Positions 23,468 through 33,686 of a DNA stretch of 64,000 nucleotides are shown here, one piece after another. Under the pieces are notes generated by a model. That model was not told the DNA's origin, made no database searches, and saw nothing but the letters and a program-made list of their open reading frames with translations. The position numbers and the translations under genes were made by a program. The stretch's first letter is position 1. Every line of letters begins with the position of its first letter. The stretch comes from Massalongia carnosa (taxonomy: Eukaryota), in the NCBI GenBank assembly GCA_965645245.1, contig OZ287075.1, positions 2,232,001 through 2,296,000 on the forward strand. Reading direction: 5' to 3'.

Positions 23468-24549
23468 AACGCCTCGTCTGGCACGGACACTCGGCGGACA
23501 CGAGAAAAGGGTACGGGACGGCGATCGACTCATACGAGGCATTCTGCGCGACGACGGGACGCACGTCGTGGCCTGCAACAACCGAGTCCCTCGAGGAATG
23601 GCTAGCCGGTCGACTATACGGGGGCGGCACACCCAAGCAGGGAAAGATAAAACCAGAGACGGCAGCGAGCTACCTCGCCGGCCTCAGATCATACCATGTA
23701 GACCGAGGATACGGCCTCACCCCATTCGAGGGGCCGAGACTTCAATTGATGCTGAAAGGGGGAAAAAGGATCTTTTCTCAGACAAAAAGAAGACGCCTAC
23801 CCATTTCAAAAGAATTACTGACAAAAATCACCAGTATTCCCGCTCATTCGGCCGAAGACCTCAACATCGACGCGACATTCAAAGTTGCATGGGCAGGGTT
23901 CCTCAGACTCGGGAAAATCACCTACACTGTCGCCGATCGTAAGAAGACATCTTTTCTCAGATTGAAACCTACACGAGGTGACATCTCATTCGCCGAGAAC
24001 GATCAATACGCGACATTACGTCTCAAAAGAAGCAAAACAGACACAAATCACTCAGGAGTTCAGATAGTGCTGGCAGCGACCAATGAGAGCACTTGCCCCG
24101 TGACAGCACTACGGCGTCTTTTCAGAAATGATCCTCAGCCATCTACATCCCCGCTTTTTCGTCTCGGCACCGCATTCACCAGAGCCTCCGTCATAGCATC
24201 CCTGAAAAAGAGACTAATAGCCGCCGGCATCAACGACTCGGCATACTCGGGACACAGCTTCAGAAAAGGAGCAGCACAACACGCCGCCGACCACGGGATG
24301 CTGGATGAGAGTATTCAGAGAGTCGGAAGATGGTCATCAAACGCGTTTCAGCTATACTTTCAGACGTCCCAGGCCTCAATATTCAATTTGAACCTCAGTT
24401 TTCAAAAAGGCATCCCTCTGGCAGTCCCACGTGCTGTCGTCGCCGAGACGAATCCTACAAACTCCTACCCCTACTCAATTGGGCATTCCATTGGGCGTAC
24501 AGGTCAACCAGGGCATCGATCCGGAGCGCCGCCGGGCACCTCCATCTAG
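23386..24549 (+). CDS. Tyrosine recombinase of YR retrotransposon 1
   Basis: AGFLRLG, SKTD, CPV, YSGHSFRKGAA, GRWSSNAFQLY (R, HxxR, W, Y set); overlaps the end of the RT ORF; start uncertain. Confidence 0.92.
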   Translation: MPSLAEPIQFDEPPSTYLSSTPGSALVKRLVWHGHSADTRKGYGTAIDSYEAFCATTGRTSWPATTESLEEWLAGRLYGGGTPKQGKIKPETAASYLAGLRSYHVDRGYGLTPFEGPRLQLMLKGGKRIFSQTKRRRLPISKELLTKITSIPAHSAEDLNIDATFKVAWAGFLRLGKITYTVADRKKTSFLRLKPTRGDISFAENDQYATLRLKRSKTDTNHSGVQIVLAATNESTCPVTALRRLFRNDPQPSTSPLFRLGTAFTRASVIASLKKRLIAAGINDSAYSGHSFRKGAAQHAADHGMLDESIQRVGRWSSNAFQLYFQTSQASIFNLNLSFQKGIPLAVPRAVVAETNPTNSYPYSIGHSIGRTGQPGHRSGAPPGTSI

Positions 24550-25566
24550 ATCATCGCCGTCGGGCACTGCCGTCGGGCATCATCTATCGGATCGTTGAGC
24601 GTCAGCAGACGCCTCGGGCCTAGAAGATGAGGTTCTCACCTCAGCACCGACCCCGAGTCACGTGCCTAGGCCTGCCCGGGCTGACCTGTGTCGTTCCCAT
24701 GCCCAATCAAATTCAAGCATTCAAATCAATTCATCCAATTAAAAGCCCCCCCCCAGCGCAAGCGAAGGTAACGGCACCGATAAGGGTCATAGAAGAACCT
24801 TATTTCAACAGCTCCTCGTTCTTACCGACACTTTCAGCCCACTGTTTCCCTCCCCATTTACATATCAACCTCCTAGTCTCAATAGTTCCGCCCACCTCTC
24901 GAAGCAAAATTTATTTCCCCCCCTGCCCGTCCCCTACCTTACTGGCGTTTTCAGGAGTTCTAGCCTGTCTGTCGGTCTATCTGACTGTCTGTTTCTTCCC
25001 GTCTTTATAATGTGTTGACGACGACATGATGGCTAGACCATAGCGACGGCACGATTCGCTGGATTGAGAGTGGATTGCACTGAGCTGAGCTAAGCGGGAG
25101 GAGGCCGGCTGGTTGGTTGGTGGATTGATTGATTGGATGAATGCTCTGTTTGCCTGCCTGCCTGGAGTGTTTTGCTGGGACTGGAGTTGGGACGGCATTG
25201 ACGGAAGTTGTGGTTGGGGTTGTAATGCGATGGAGTGGATTATCATCGATTGATTGGTCAGTTGGCTGTTTCGGGTGCACGGTCAGCCAGTATAGTCGTC
25301 GATCTCTTCTTAGCTGAACATGATGTTGTTCATCTTTCGTTTCGTGTCTTTCTCTTAACGTCACCATTCAGCGTCCTCAGCACACAGTTCCCATCGGTTC
25401 ATCAGCACGATACGCACTACCCTATCATCATCATCAATCGCCCTTTCGCAACGTCACGAATGCTGATATATACGCTGACCCGGTCTACGCGGTGAAAAGT
25501 TAATATATATTATGTGTGAATAAGTAAAAATCTCCGACGTGGAAATGTCGATAAGGATGCTTCTAA

Positions 25567-25950
25567 CTAGGTGGAGTTTCGTCGTTCTTGCGCCACCTGG
25601 CGATGCCGACTGACCACTCCCGCCGTGAACCAAGCCCACCCCGCCGTCCTCTCCGTTTTTCGTCGCTCCTCTCGGAGCTCCTCCTTGAGCTCCTCCCGCT
25701 CCTTTCGCCACTCCTCCTTCTGCTCCCGATACTCCTCCTGATGCTCCCGCCACTCCTGTTGCCGGTCCCTCAGGACCATCTCACCCCTCTTTCTCTCCTC
25801 TGCCACTAACCCCTCCACTCTACTTCTCTCCGCTGCCACCGCCACCTCTCCCCTCTTTCTCTCCTCTGCCACCAACCCCTCAACCCTGCTTCTCTCCTCT
25901 GCCACCGCCTCCTCCCCCCTCCTCCTCTCCTCTGCCACCGCCTCAGCGAT
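25567..25950 (-). CDS. Charged coiled-coil ORF with 11/22-aa repeats; possibly last exon of a gene starting near 26340-26450
   Basis: AEERRRGEEAV / AEERSRVEGLV / AEERKRGEVAV repeats, E/R/K-rich, short hydrophobic AGWAWFTAGVV near the end; no recognised domain. Confidence 0.35.
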   Translation of the reverse strand: MAEAVAEERRRGEEAVAEERSRVEGLVAEERKRGEVAVAAERSRVEGLVAEERKRGEMVLRDRQQEWREHQEEYREQKEEWRKEREELKEELREERRKTERTAGWAWFTAGVVSRHRQVAQERRNST

Positions 25951-28280
25951 GGTGAGGACTGGGCCGTTTCGAATGCGGCTGCTAGGAACCGCGGATCTTA
26001 TTCAATCATTCTCCAGACAAAATCACCACGGAAGCGGGTTTCAATCGAAACCGACAACGAACGCACAGGAAAAACTCCCACCACCACTGCAGGGTTTGGG
26101 GAAGCGCCAACGCAAGAGACATAACCCCTAGCCAAAAACCCGTCTGGGTTGCCGTGGAGTCACGCAAAATGATGCTGGTTATGGGGCTGTAAAACGGGGC
26201 TGCCGGTGGTGATAGTGGGTTTAGGTGGTGGTGGTTTTGGTGCTGATGTTGTGGGTGGTAGTGGAAGTGATGAGATTGGTGCCGGTGATGCTATTGCAAG
26301 TACAGATGTGGGAGCTAGCGGTGTTCTGCGGCACTGGGGATGAACAAGTGAGAGGAAAAGTTGACAGGTCACTTCTGAAGAAATCTCGTTTTCACTCACT
26401 AGAGGAGCCCGCCCATCCTTCCTTCCTTTCTCGGCGTTTTTTGCGCCTAGTCATGAACCGTGAGCCCTAATCGCCAGGACACGAAACATAACCCTAGCCC
26501 GCCCATTCTGCCATTGCATTCCAAAACTTATCATCAAACTGGCGCGATGATGTCTTACGTGCTGCGGGCGATCACCAAGGGAGTTATGACATACCTCGAC
26601 ATCGAGTAAGCAGGGGTTGTGCTTCGGTGCAAGTCCATGCGTCTCGTAGGCAGGAGGCTTTTCTTCACCCTTTCCGTGGAAGCCAGAATCGTAGGGAAGA
26701 GCCATCATCACGAGAAGAGAAACCGATAAAATCGAGCAGGACGGATGATGAGAGATGATTCAACAAGATGAGATTTGGAGTGATTAAGATGGGTGTTGCT
26801 GATGGAAGAATGCGAGTTGAGAATACGATGAGTTGGGTGAGCACCTCAGACGTGCGTGGCTCTAAGGGCCTTCTAAGCCTGTTCGGGTTAATCCATCTCG
26901 CTAAGCTCGTTCGGATTAACGTGACCACGATAGCACTCGAGTAGTATATCCTCATGATTCAAGACTTATGACTCGAGGCGTTCGCCTCTAGTCGGGGAAA
27001 GCAAAGTTCGTCTTTTCGCAATTTTATTTCCATTCCATCAACACGACGCGTTTGACTACATCAACTAGGTATTACGAATTGTACCAATTGAAAAAGTTGT
27101 TACTGTTCGTAAAGAATATTGGAGGGAGAAGTGATCACCTTGGTGCATGATACGAATATTTGGAAGGGATAATTTCGATTATTATCTAACTATTGTGGGT
27201 TTTTATGAACTCCCACTGGCTAATCTACGCTAACGTAACTCACTGGGCAACGGGACAAACTGGGCAACGGGACTAACTAAATTTCGCTTAATTTCTACAG
27301 CCTCCCTCTCACCCGTTTTTACATATAAATTCGGCTTCAATGTCTATTAGACGTGAAATTGATATTTTGTCTGCATGCAACTTAATCACATTTTACGTGG
27401 TTGACGTACAATACGACCCCGTCTGGTAGTTTGAACCTTCTTCACCTCCTCCACCACCTCCACCACCTCCACCTCCACCTCTACCCCCCCACTTACCTTC
27501 ACCTCCTCCACCCCCTCTACCTCTTCTGTCATTGGTTGAAGCACGGGAGGAGGTAGTAATCGTCTTTGAAAAGAACAAATAGGCTTACTTTGTGAACTAT
27601 CAGGTGCTTTCTGAGGACTTTTCTGAGGACTTTTCGTCGAAGATGCAGTAGACGTTTGTCCTAGTAAATCAGGTCCAAATCGACACATTTCCCTGAAAGT
27701 TTTGATAAGGTCCTGCTCAGCTCGTTTTAGCTGAGCGGCCTTCTTTTTTTCGTCTTTCACCTTTTGTTTATCTTTGGCCCATTGCTGTCTTTGTTGAACG
27801 TCTTCGAGGCTTAGAACTCCAGCCTTTCCTCCATAGTGAGCCCCGCTACGATTGGCTCGATGATGGCGCCGTACATTGGCCTGAAGAAGCTCGTTGTTGG
27901 TGATACGTAGCAAGGTAGAGTCTGCGAAGGCATATTTAGCGCCTTTTATCAATTTATTTAGCGCTCGAACGGGAGTCGAGTCTGATTCTTCATCATTTCG
28001 AATTCGACGAATCAGTTGATTTATTTGATCGATATTTGCAGGTGTCTTTTCAATTTCGTGAGAGTTTTGAAGGGTTGTCGGAGTGTTAGGATGAGAGGAG
28101 GTGTGTCAGGGCATAGAAGGAATAAGGGCTAAGCTAACTAAGCGGGGCTTAGTTCTACGGCTAGGCTTAGTCATATGGAAAGCAGTTGGTCTGCGTTACG
28201 CGGCTGGTATCTACTGCCGAGAGTATAGTACGAGCGATCGAGATATACGAGGATGCTCGTACGATTAGTGAGCGGATGGT

Positions 28281-28372
28281 ACGATACAGTCAGCACAGTG
28301 TCCACGATACAGTCAGCACAGTGTCTACGATACAGTCAGCACAGTGTCCACGATGCAGTCAGCAGAGTGTTT
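28281..28372. repeat. 23-bp tandem repeat in the LTR of chromovirus C (4 units here, 5 units at 34341-34455)
   Basis: Unit ACGATACAGTCAGCACAGTGTC(C/T). Confidence 0.95.
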
Positions 28373-28695
28373 AGCCGGCTTATCCGGTAGGAGTAATGGG
28401 CGGTCAAGATAGTTACAGTATCAAGGGCCCAGAGGGTCAAGGGCTTCGGTCCGGGTATATAAGGAGGCTGCTCGAGGGAGATGCGATCTTCAACGATTAG
28501 TCTTCCGCTTTACCTACATACTTCTTTTAGTATATTAGTATAGCAAATCATTAGTGTCTTCACATTGTCACATATCCCTAGGCCTGGTGTCTGCTAATCG
28601 CCAGGTCTGACTCTTACAATTCTAATCGTTCTATCCTTCAAGGAGTGACGATCCGTTGACACATTTATACACCTTCTATACACTATCGTCCCGCC

Positions 28696-29937
28696 ATGTC
28701 CGCGCAAGAAGTTGCCTCTGATACCATGATGCCGGAGGAGCGGATCGAAGAACTTTCGGATTCTGAGGGCCCTGGAAGAGGAGCCCTGACCCCAATGGAA
28801 AAAGTAGTCGAACCCATTCAACCCCTGACGTTGGACGAACAGATAGCGCAAGCTGAGCGCAGGCGTAGCGAACTTAAGAAGGAAGTACGTCTGAGGAATT
28901 TGAAAGCCAGTATTGAGCAACTGCAAGAACAATCTCAAAAGCCTTCGAAACCTCCAAACCCTACCGGATCATCCAAGGAACCGGTAATGAGAGGAGCCAT
29001 TAACCCTCGTTCTGACGACAATGTAGAGATGACGAGTAGCCAGTCAGTACCTGTTGTTGTTTACAGGAGACGCGCTGCTAGACCCGAGAAAGTCAGTCCC
29101 TATCATGGAAAAACGGTCAAGGAACATCTGGATTATGAGCGAAACTGCAGAGTGGCGTTTCGCGTGGCAAAAGAGGACTTCCCAGATGATGAATCCAAGA
29201 TCGCTTTCGCAATGCAATCGCTGGAAGGGGAGCCTAAGGAAGCTTGGCATCGATATGAGGCAGACGGTGAAATGCAAAATTATACCTTCGAAGAGTACTT
29301 GAAATTCTTGTTAAATATTGTCGAGGACCCAGTTAATCGAGGTCTGCATATGGCCCAATTATTTGCCGAAGCCAAGCAAGGAGAGAAGCAAACGGTAAGA
29401 GCTTTCGAGGCGCACTTGAGTAGCCTCGAGGACCAGTTGCCCTCCTATACCGAAGAACAAAGAGCGACTCATCTGTTTACTAAGTTGCGGCCGTCTATTA
29501 GAGCAGCTATAGGCAACTATCAGAATATTCCAAGGACTAGAGAAGCTCTGGTGACTCTGGCCAGTAGGCTGGAAAATAATCAGAAAAGAGAAAACGATGT
29601 CTTAACGACGTCGAAGCATGAGCGTCCAAATGGTTCTCACCCCCCTCGCACTAAATCACATAGAGATAAGAGGAACGAGGAGATAAAGGACACTGACAAA
29701 CCAAAACCTACGAAAGACGGTAAAAGGGGTCAGAAAAGAAAGCATGCTGAGACAAAGGAAAGTACCGACGAGGTGACATGTTATCGCTGCGGAGAACAGG
29801 GTCACTACGCCAACAAGTGTCCCAACCCTCCTAAAGACGACAAGGAGCCGAAGCACGGTGTGAACGCCGTCGCAAAGTCGGGAAAAGCCAAACCTCCACG
29901 AAAAGCTCGCCAGCCGATGGAGGGAAAAGATCAGTAG
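28696..29937 (+). CDS. gag: Gag of chromovirus C
   Basis: 413 aa; capsid-like LEGEPKEAW, KQGEKQTV; zinc knuckle CYRCGEQGHYANKC. Confidence 0.92.
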   Translation: MSAQEVASDTMMPEERIEELSDSEGPGRGALTPMEKVVEPIQPLTLDEQIAQAERRRSELKKEVRLRNLKASIEQLQEQSQKPSKPPNPTGSSKEPVMRGAINPRSDDNVEMTSSQSVPVVVYRRRAARPEKVSPYHGKTVKEHLDYERNCRVAFRVAKEDFPDDESKIAFAMQSLEGEPKEAWHRYEADGEMQNYTFEEYLKFLLNIVEDPVNRGLHMAQLFAEAKQGEKQTVRAFEAHLSSLEDQLPSYTEEQRATHLFTKLRPSIRAAIGNYQNIPRTREALVTLASRLENNQKRENDVLTTSKHERPNGSHPPRTKSHRDKRNEEIKDTDKPKPTKDGKRGQKRKHAETKESTDEVTCYRCGEQGHYANKCPNPPKDDKEPKHGVNAVAKSGKAKPPRKARQPMEGKDQ

Positions 29938-32900
29938 AAAGCGAGCCAAGCCTAATTCCTAAGGGGACTATAACGAGCGGAGGCCAAAAATACCCGGCGA
30001 CAGTGTTGCTTGATGGAGCAGCCGAGATTAATGTGATTAATCAGGGATTCGCCGTCGCTTCAGATCTTAGACCTATTGAAAGCGAACTACCTGCTCCTCA
30101 ATTCATGGATGGTAAGGAGGTTTACTGCTATGGAGCTTATGAGGTAGTAATGGCTCTCGAGGATACTTGGGAGCGACAGCGCACCTTTACCAGCGTGTTT
30201 TACGCAATTGACAAACAGGGCCCTGACTTGGTGTTGGGTCTCCCTGGTCTCAAACAGCTGGGTATCGTAATCGATTATGGAGCGAAGCGCTGGCGTTATG
30301 GCTTTCAGTCTGATATGTTCGAGTTGTGCAAGCCTAAACAGTTTGCGAAGACCCTGGATTCCGGGGCACCACTCTATGCTATAGTGGCTCAACCCATTGC
30401 ACCTTCTTCCGAAAGACAACCTGTTAATGTTGGCGCTGTTGATGAGAACAACAGCCGGAACACCAACGAAACGCAGGGGATACCTGTGGAATTTGCTGAA
30501 TTCCAGGATGTTTTTTCTAAGGACAGAGCCAATCAATTAGCTACGCACAAGGACTGTGACCACGCTATCGATTTAGAAGGCGGTGATCCACCTTATGGTC
30601 CTTTATACAACTTATCGAATACGGAGCTTAAGACTCTTCGGGAATATCTTGACGACGCCCTGGCGAAGGGTTGGATCCGGCACTCCACTAGTTCTGCAGG
30701 TGCACCAATACTATTTGTGCCTAAGAAGGACGGTACTCTGCGCCTCTGCGTTGACTATCGAGGATTGAATAAGGTGACCAAAAAGAATCGTCATCCGCTC
30801 CCTCTTAGCACGCAGATACTGGATCAGTTAAACGGGTGTTCCTATTTTACCAAAATGGATTTGCGAGATGCTTATCATCGTCTCCGAATCCGCAAGGGCG
30901 ACGAGTGGAAGACGGCATTTCGATCCCGTTACGGACACTACGAGTATATGGTTATGCCTTTTGGATTAGCCAACGCCCCTGCAACTTTTCAAGCTTACAT
31001 CAATAAAGCTTTATCTGGGATCGTGGATGTTTTCTGCGTAGTCTATCTGGACGATATATTGGTATTTTCCAAAGATAGAACCAGCCATGTGGAGCATGTT
31101 AAAGAGGTGTTACGTCGTCTAAGGAAACACGATCTCTATGCAAATCTTAAAAAGTGCGAGTTCTTTGCTACGGCCGTGGAATATCTAGGGTTTATCATTA
31201 GCAGCGATGGTATCTCCATGGATCCACGCCGGGTTGAAACCGTGCGGGATTGGCCTGCACTTCAGTCCTTTCGAGACATTCAGGTCTTTCTAGGGTTCGC
31301 CAATTTCTATCGACATTTCATACGTCATTATTCTCAAATCACTAGGCCATTGACTGACATGCTGAAAGGCATGCAGGCTGGGATAAAAAGGGGTACTTTT
31401 TATCTTACGGCCGAAGGAGCGGAAGCGTTTAGCAAGCTGAAAGAAGCCTTTCAAGGCGCGCCCATCTTGGTTCACTTCGATCCAGAACTGCTCATTCGCC
31501 TAGAGACCGATGCATCGGATTTCGGAATCTCTGGCATTATCTCCCAGTTGCAGAAGGATGGGCAATGGCATCCCGTCGCTTTCTACTCGCGGAAGATGAT
31601 ACCGGCCGAGCGCAACTATGAAACCCATGATCAAGAGTTGCTGGCCATTGTGATGTGTTTTAAACACTGGAGGCATTACCTGGAGGGTAGCCTGCACCCC
31701 GTTGAGGTCCTGACAGACCACAACAATTTGAGGGGTTTTATGAATATTAAGGTGTTGAGTGGTCGGCAAGCGCGATGGGCTATGAAGTTAGCCGCTTATG
31801 ATTTCGTAATCATGCATCGCTCGGGAAAGACCAATCCTGCCGATGCACCGTCTAGGCGCCCTGATTATCAGAGCATCAACACCGAGGTGACGAGATTGTT
31901 GCCTACTCTTCAAAGGAAGCTGAGCAAAATAGATTCCTTATGCGTAGGTTATACGCCGGGAATTCGTACGGTGCTTGCCGCACTTAGGTATGATCTTCGC
32001 TCAAAGATAGCTTCGTCCGGGATTGAACCCCTGGAGAATTTAGAGGGTGAAACCTCTAAATCAATTACTTCTCTTGACGAAGAGAGTGATACTTTTGAAG
32101 TCGGCTTGACGCAATGTATTCCCCGGGCTGTAGCTGTTGCCTTATCAGATGAAGAAAAGCCTTTGGAAAGTGCTTCCAAGTCAGTGCTTGAACTCATCAA
32201 GGCGCTACAGGGGAAAGACGCATTCGTGTCTAGCAGGCGAGAGACCGTTGCTAAGTCTTTGAAGCGCAAGGGTGGTCGCTCCCCCGAAGCAATTTGGACT
32301 ATAGATAGCAATGATCTTCTCAATCATCGTGGCAGAATTTACGTGCCCGATGAAGAATCTATTCGTGCGGAGCTGTTGCGGCGTCATCATGACGACGAGC
32401 TCGCGGGTCATTTTGGTGCGGAGAAAACAGCTGAGTTGCTTACCCGCAAATACTATTGGAAAGGACTTAACATGACTGTGAAGAAGTACACGGAATCCTG
32501 CGACATTTGTCAAAGGACGAAGGCGCCTAGGCACCGACCTTACGGGGTTATGCAATCGCTTCCACGTCCTTCCGGTCCTTGGAAAGAAATCACTATGGAT
32601 TTCATAACTGGGTTTCCACCTAGCAAGCGTTTCGGCCGGGTTTATGACTCGTGCCTAGTAATTGTGGATAGATATACCAAAATGGCGCTATACATCCCGG
32701 TTACGAAAAAAATCAATGCAGTGGACCTTGCAGAAATTCTGTTTGAATCGGTAGTATTACAGTTCGGCACTCCTGAGGGCATAGTATCGGATAGAGGGTC
32801 GGTCTTTACCAGTGAGTACTGGTCAGAAATTTGTTTTCATTTAAAGACGAAACGCCGGCTTAGCACGGCCTTTCACCCTCAAACTGATGGCCAAACCGAA

Positions 32901-33686
32901 CGACAAAACCAGACCCTTGAACACTATTTGAGAGTTTACTGCACTGACAATCAATCCAACTGGGTGGCACTATTGCCCCTAGCACAATTTGTCTACCAAG
33001 TCAGTTATCAAAGTACGCTTGGGTGCAGCCCCTTTTATTGTATGTACGGCTATAACCCGGAGATTCGCTACGAAGTCGGGGACGACATCGCTGTGGAGAG
33101 GGTGCCCGCTGCGAAAGAACGAGTAAAGCAATTACACGAGTTCAGATATTCTTTAGAGGCACGCTGGAAAAGCGTATCCGAAGCGCAGGCCAAGTACTAC
33201 AACAAGAAACATCTTGAGAAAGATTTCAATGAAGGGGACTTGGTAATGTTATCTGCCAAGAATCTAAAACAAAAAAGGCCTAGTAAGAAACTTTCACATA
33301 AGTTTTTAGGTCCTTTTCGCATTCTAGAAGCAGTCGGCAAGCAGGCATATCGTCTTGCTCTTCCTACGACTTATAGAATTCACCCGGTCTTTCATGTCTC
33401 TTACCTAGAACCTTACAAGCGAAGAGATGGTCAAGAGCATATACCGTTTCTACCCCCACCTGAAATTATTAACGATGAACAGGAATGGGAAGTGGAAGAA
33501 ATTATAGGTAGAAGGTCTGAGAAAGGGGAAATATTCTATAAGGTAAAATGGGTAGGATACCCTGAAGAATATGATGAGTGGGTACCAGAGAAAGATCTGG
33601 ATGGAGCCTTAGAACTGAAGCAGGATTTCGATGCAAAGCCGAAAGCAAAGCGCAGGCGAATCAAGAAATTACAGGTTACTCGCTGA
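29880..33686 (+). CDS. pol: Pol of chromovirus C (PR-RT-RNase H-IN-chromodomain), -1 frame relative to gag
   Basis: Open from slippery GGGAAAA (29880); [23 protein letters not shown] finger, VSDRG, QTERQN, GPF, WEVEEII chromodomain. Confidence 0.95.
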   Translation, partial: GKSQTSTKSSPADGGKRSVESEPSLIPKGTITSGGQKYPATVLLDGAAEINVINQGFAVASDLRPIESELPAPQFMDGKEVYCYGAYEVVMALEDTWERQRTFTSVFYAIDKQGPDLVLGLPGLKQLGIVIDYGAKRWRYGFQSDMFELCKPKQFAKTLDSGAPLYAIVAQPIAPSSERQPVNVGAVDENNSRNTNETQGIPVEFAEFQDVFSKDRANQLATHKDCDHAIDLEGGDPPYGPLYNLSNTELKTLREYLDDALAKGWIRHSTSSAGAPILFVPKKDGTLRLCVDYRGLNKVTKKNRHPLPLSTQILDQLNGCSYFTKMDLRDAYHRLRIRKGDEWKTAFRSRYGHYEYMVMPFGLANAPATFQAYINKALSGIVDVFCVVYLDDILVFSKDRTSHVEHVKEVLRRLRKHDLYANLKKCEFFATAVEYLGFIISSDGISMDPRRVETVRDWPALQSFRDIQVFLGFANFYRHFIRHYSQITRPLTDMLKGMQAGIKRGTFYLTAEGAEAFSKLKEAFQGAPILVHFDPELLIRLETDASDFGISGIISQLQKDGQWHPVAFYSRKMIPAERNYETHDQELLAIVMCFKHWRHYLEGSLHPVEVLTDHNNLRGFMNIKVLSGRQARWAMKLAAYDFVIMHRSGKTNPADAPSRRPDYQSINTEVTRLLPTLQRKLSKIDSLCVGYTPGIRTVLAALRYDLRSKIASSGIEPLENLEGETSKSITSLDEESDTFEVGLTQCIPRAVAVALSDEEKPLESASKSVLELIKALQGKDAFVSSRRETVAKSLKRKGGRSPEAIWTIDSNDLLNHRGRIYVPDEESIRAELLRRHHDDELAGHFGAEKTAELLTRKYYWKGLNMTVKKYTESCDICQRTKAPRHRPYGVMQSLPRPSGPWKEITMDFITGFPPSKRFGRVYDSCLVIVDRYTKMALYIPVTKKINAVDLAEILFESVVLQFGTPEGIVSDRGSVFTSEYWSEICFHLKTKRRLSTAFHPQTDGQTERQNQTLEHYLRVYCTDNQSNWVALLPLAQFVYQVSYQSTLGCSPFYCMYGYNPEIRYEVGDDIAVERVPAAKERVKQLHEFRYSLEARWKSVSEAQAKYYNKKHLEKDFNEGDLVMLSAKNLKQKRPSKKLSHKFLGPFRILEAVGKQAYRLALPTTYRIHPVFHVSYLEPYKRRDGQEHIPFLPPPEIINDEQEWEVEEIIGRRSEKGEIFYKVKWVGYPEEYDEWVPEKDLDGALELKQDFDAKPKAKRRRIKKLQVTR

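Larger units (their letters stand above)
20489..24745 (+). mobile_element. Tyrosine-recombinase retrotransposon 1 (DIRS/Ngaro-like): gag, RT/RNase H, YR
   Basis: Three ORF blocks with RT (YLDD), RNase H and YR motifs; left end abuts the chromovirus A pol fragment near 20489; right end inferred from terminal hairpin and tail at 24707-24745. Confidence 0.9.

Noticed and set aside
28186..28374. Short ORFs within LTRs (also 34246-34495, 45992-46363, 49667-49921, 56257-56496) and antisense shadows of TE ORFs
   Set aside because: Explained by LTR sequence or by the opposite-strand coding frame
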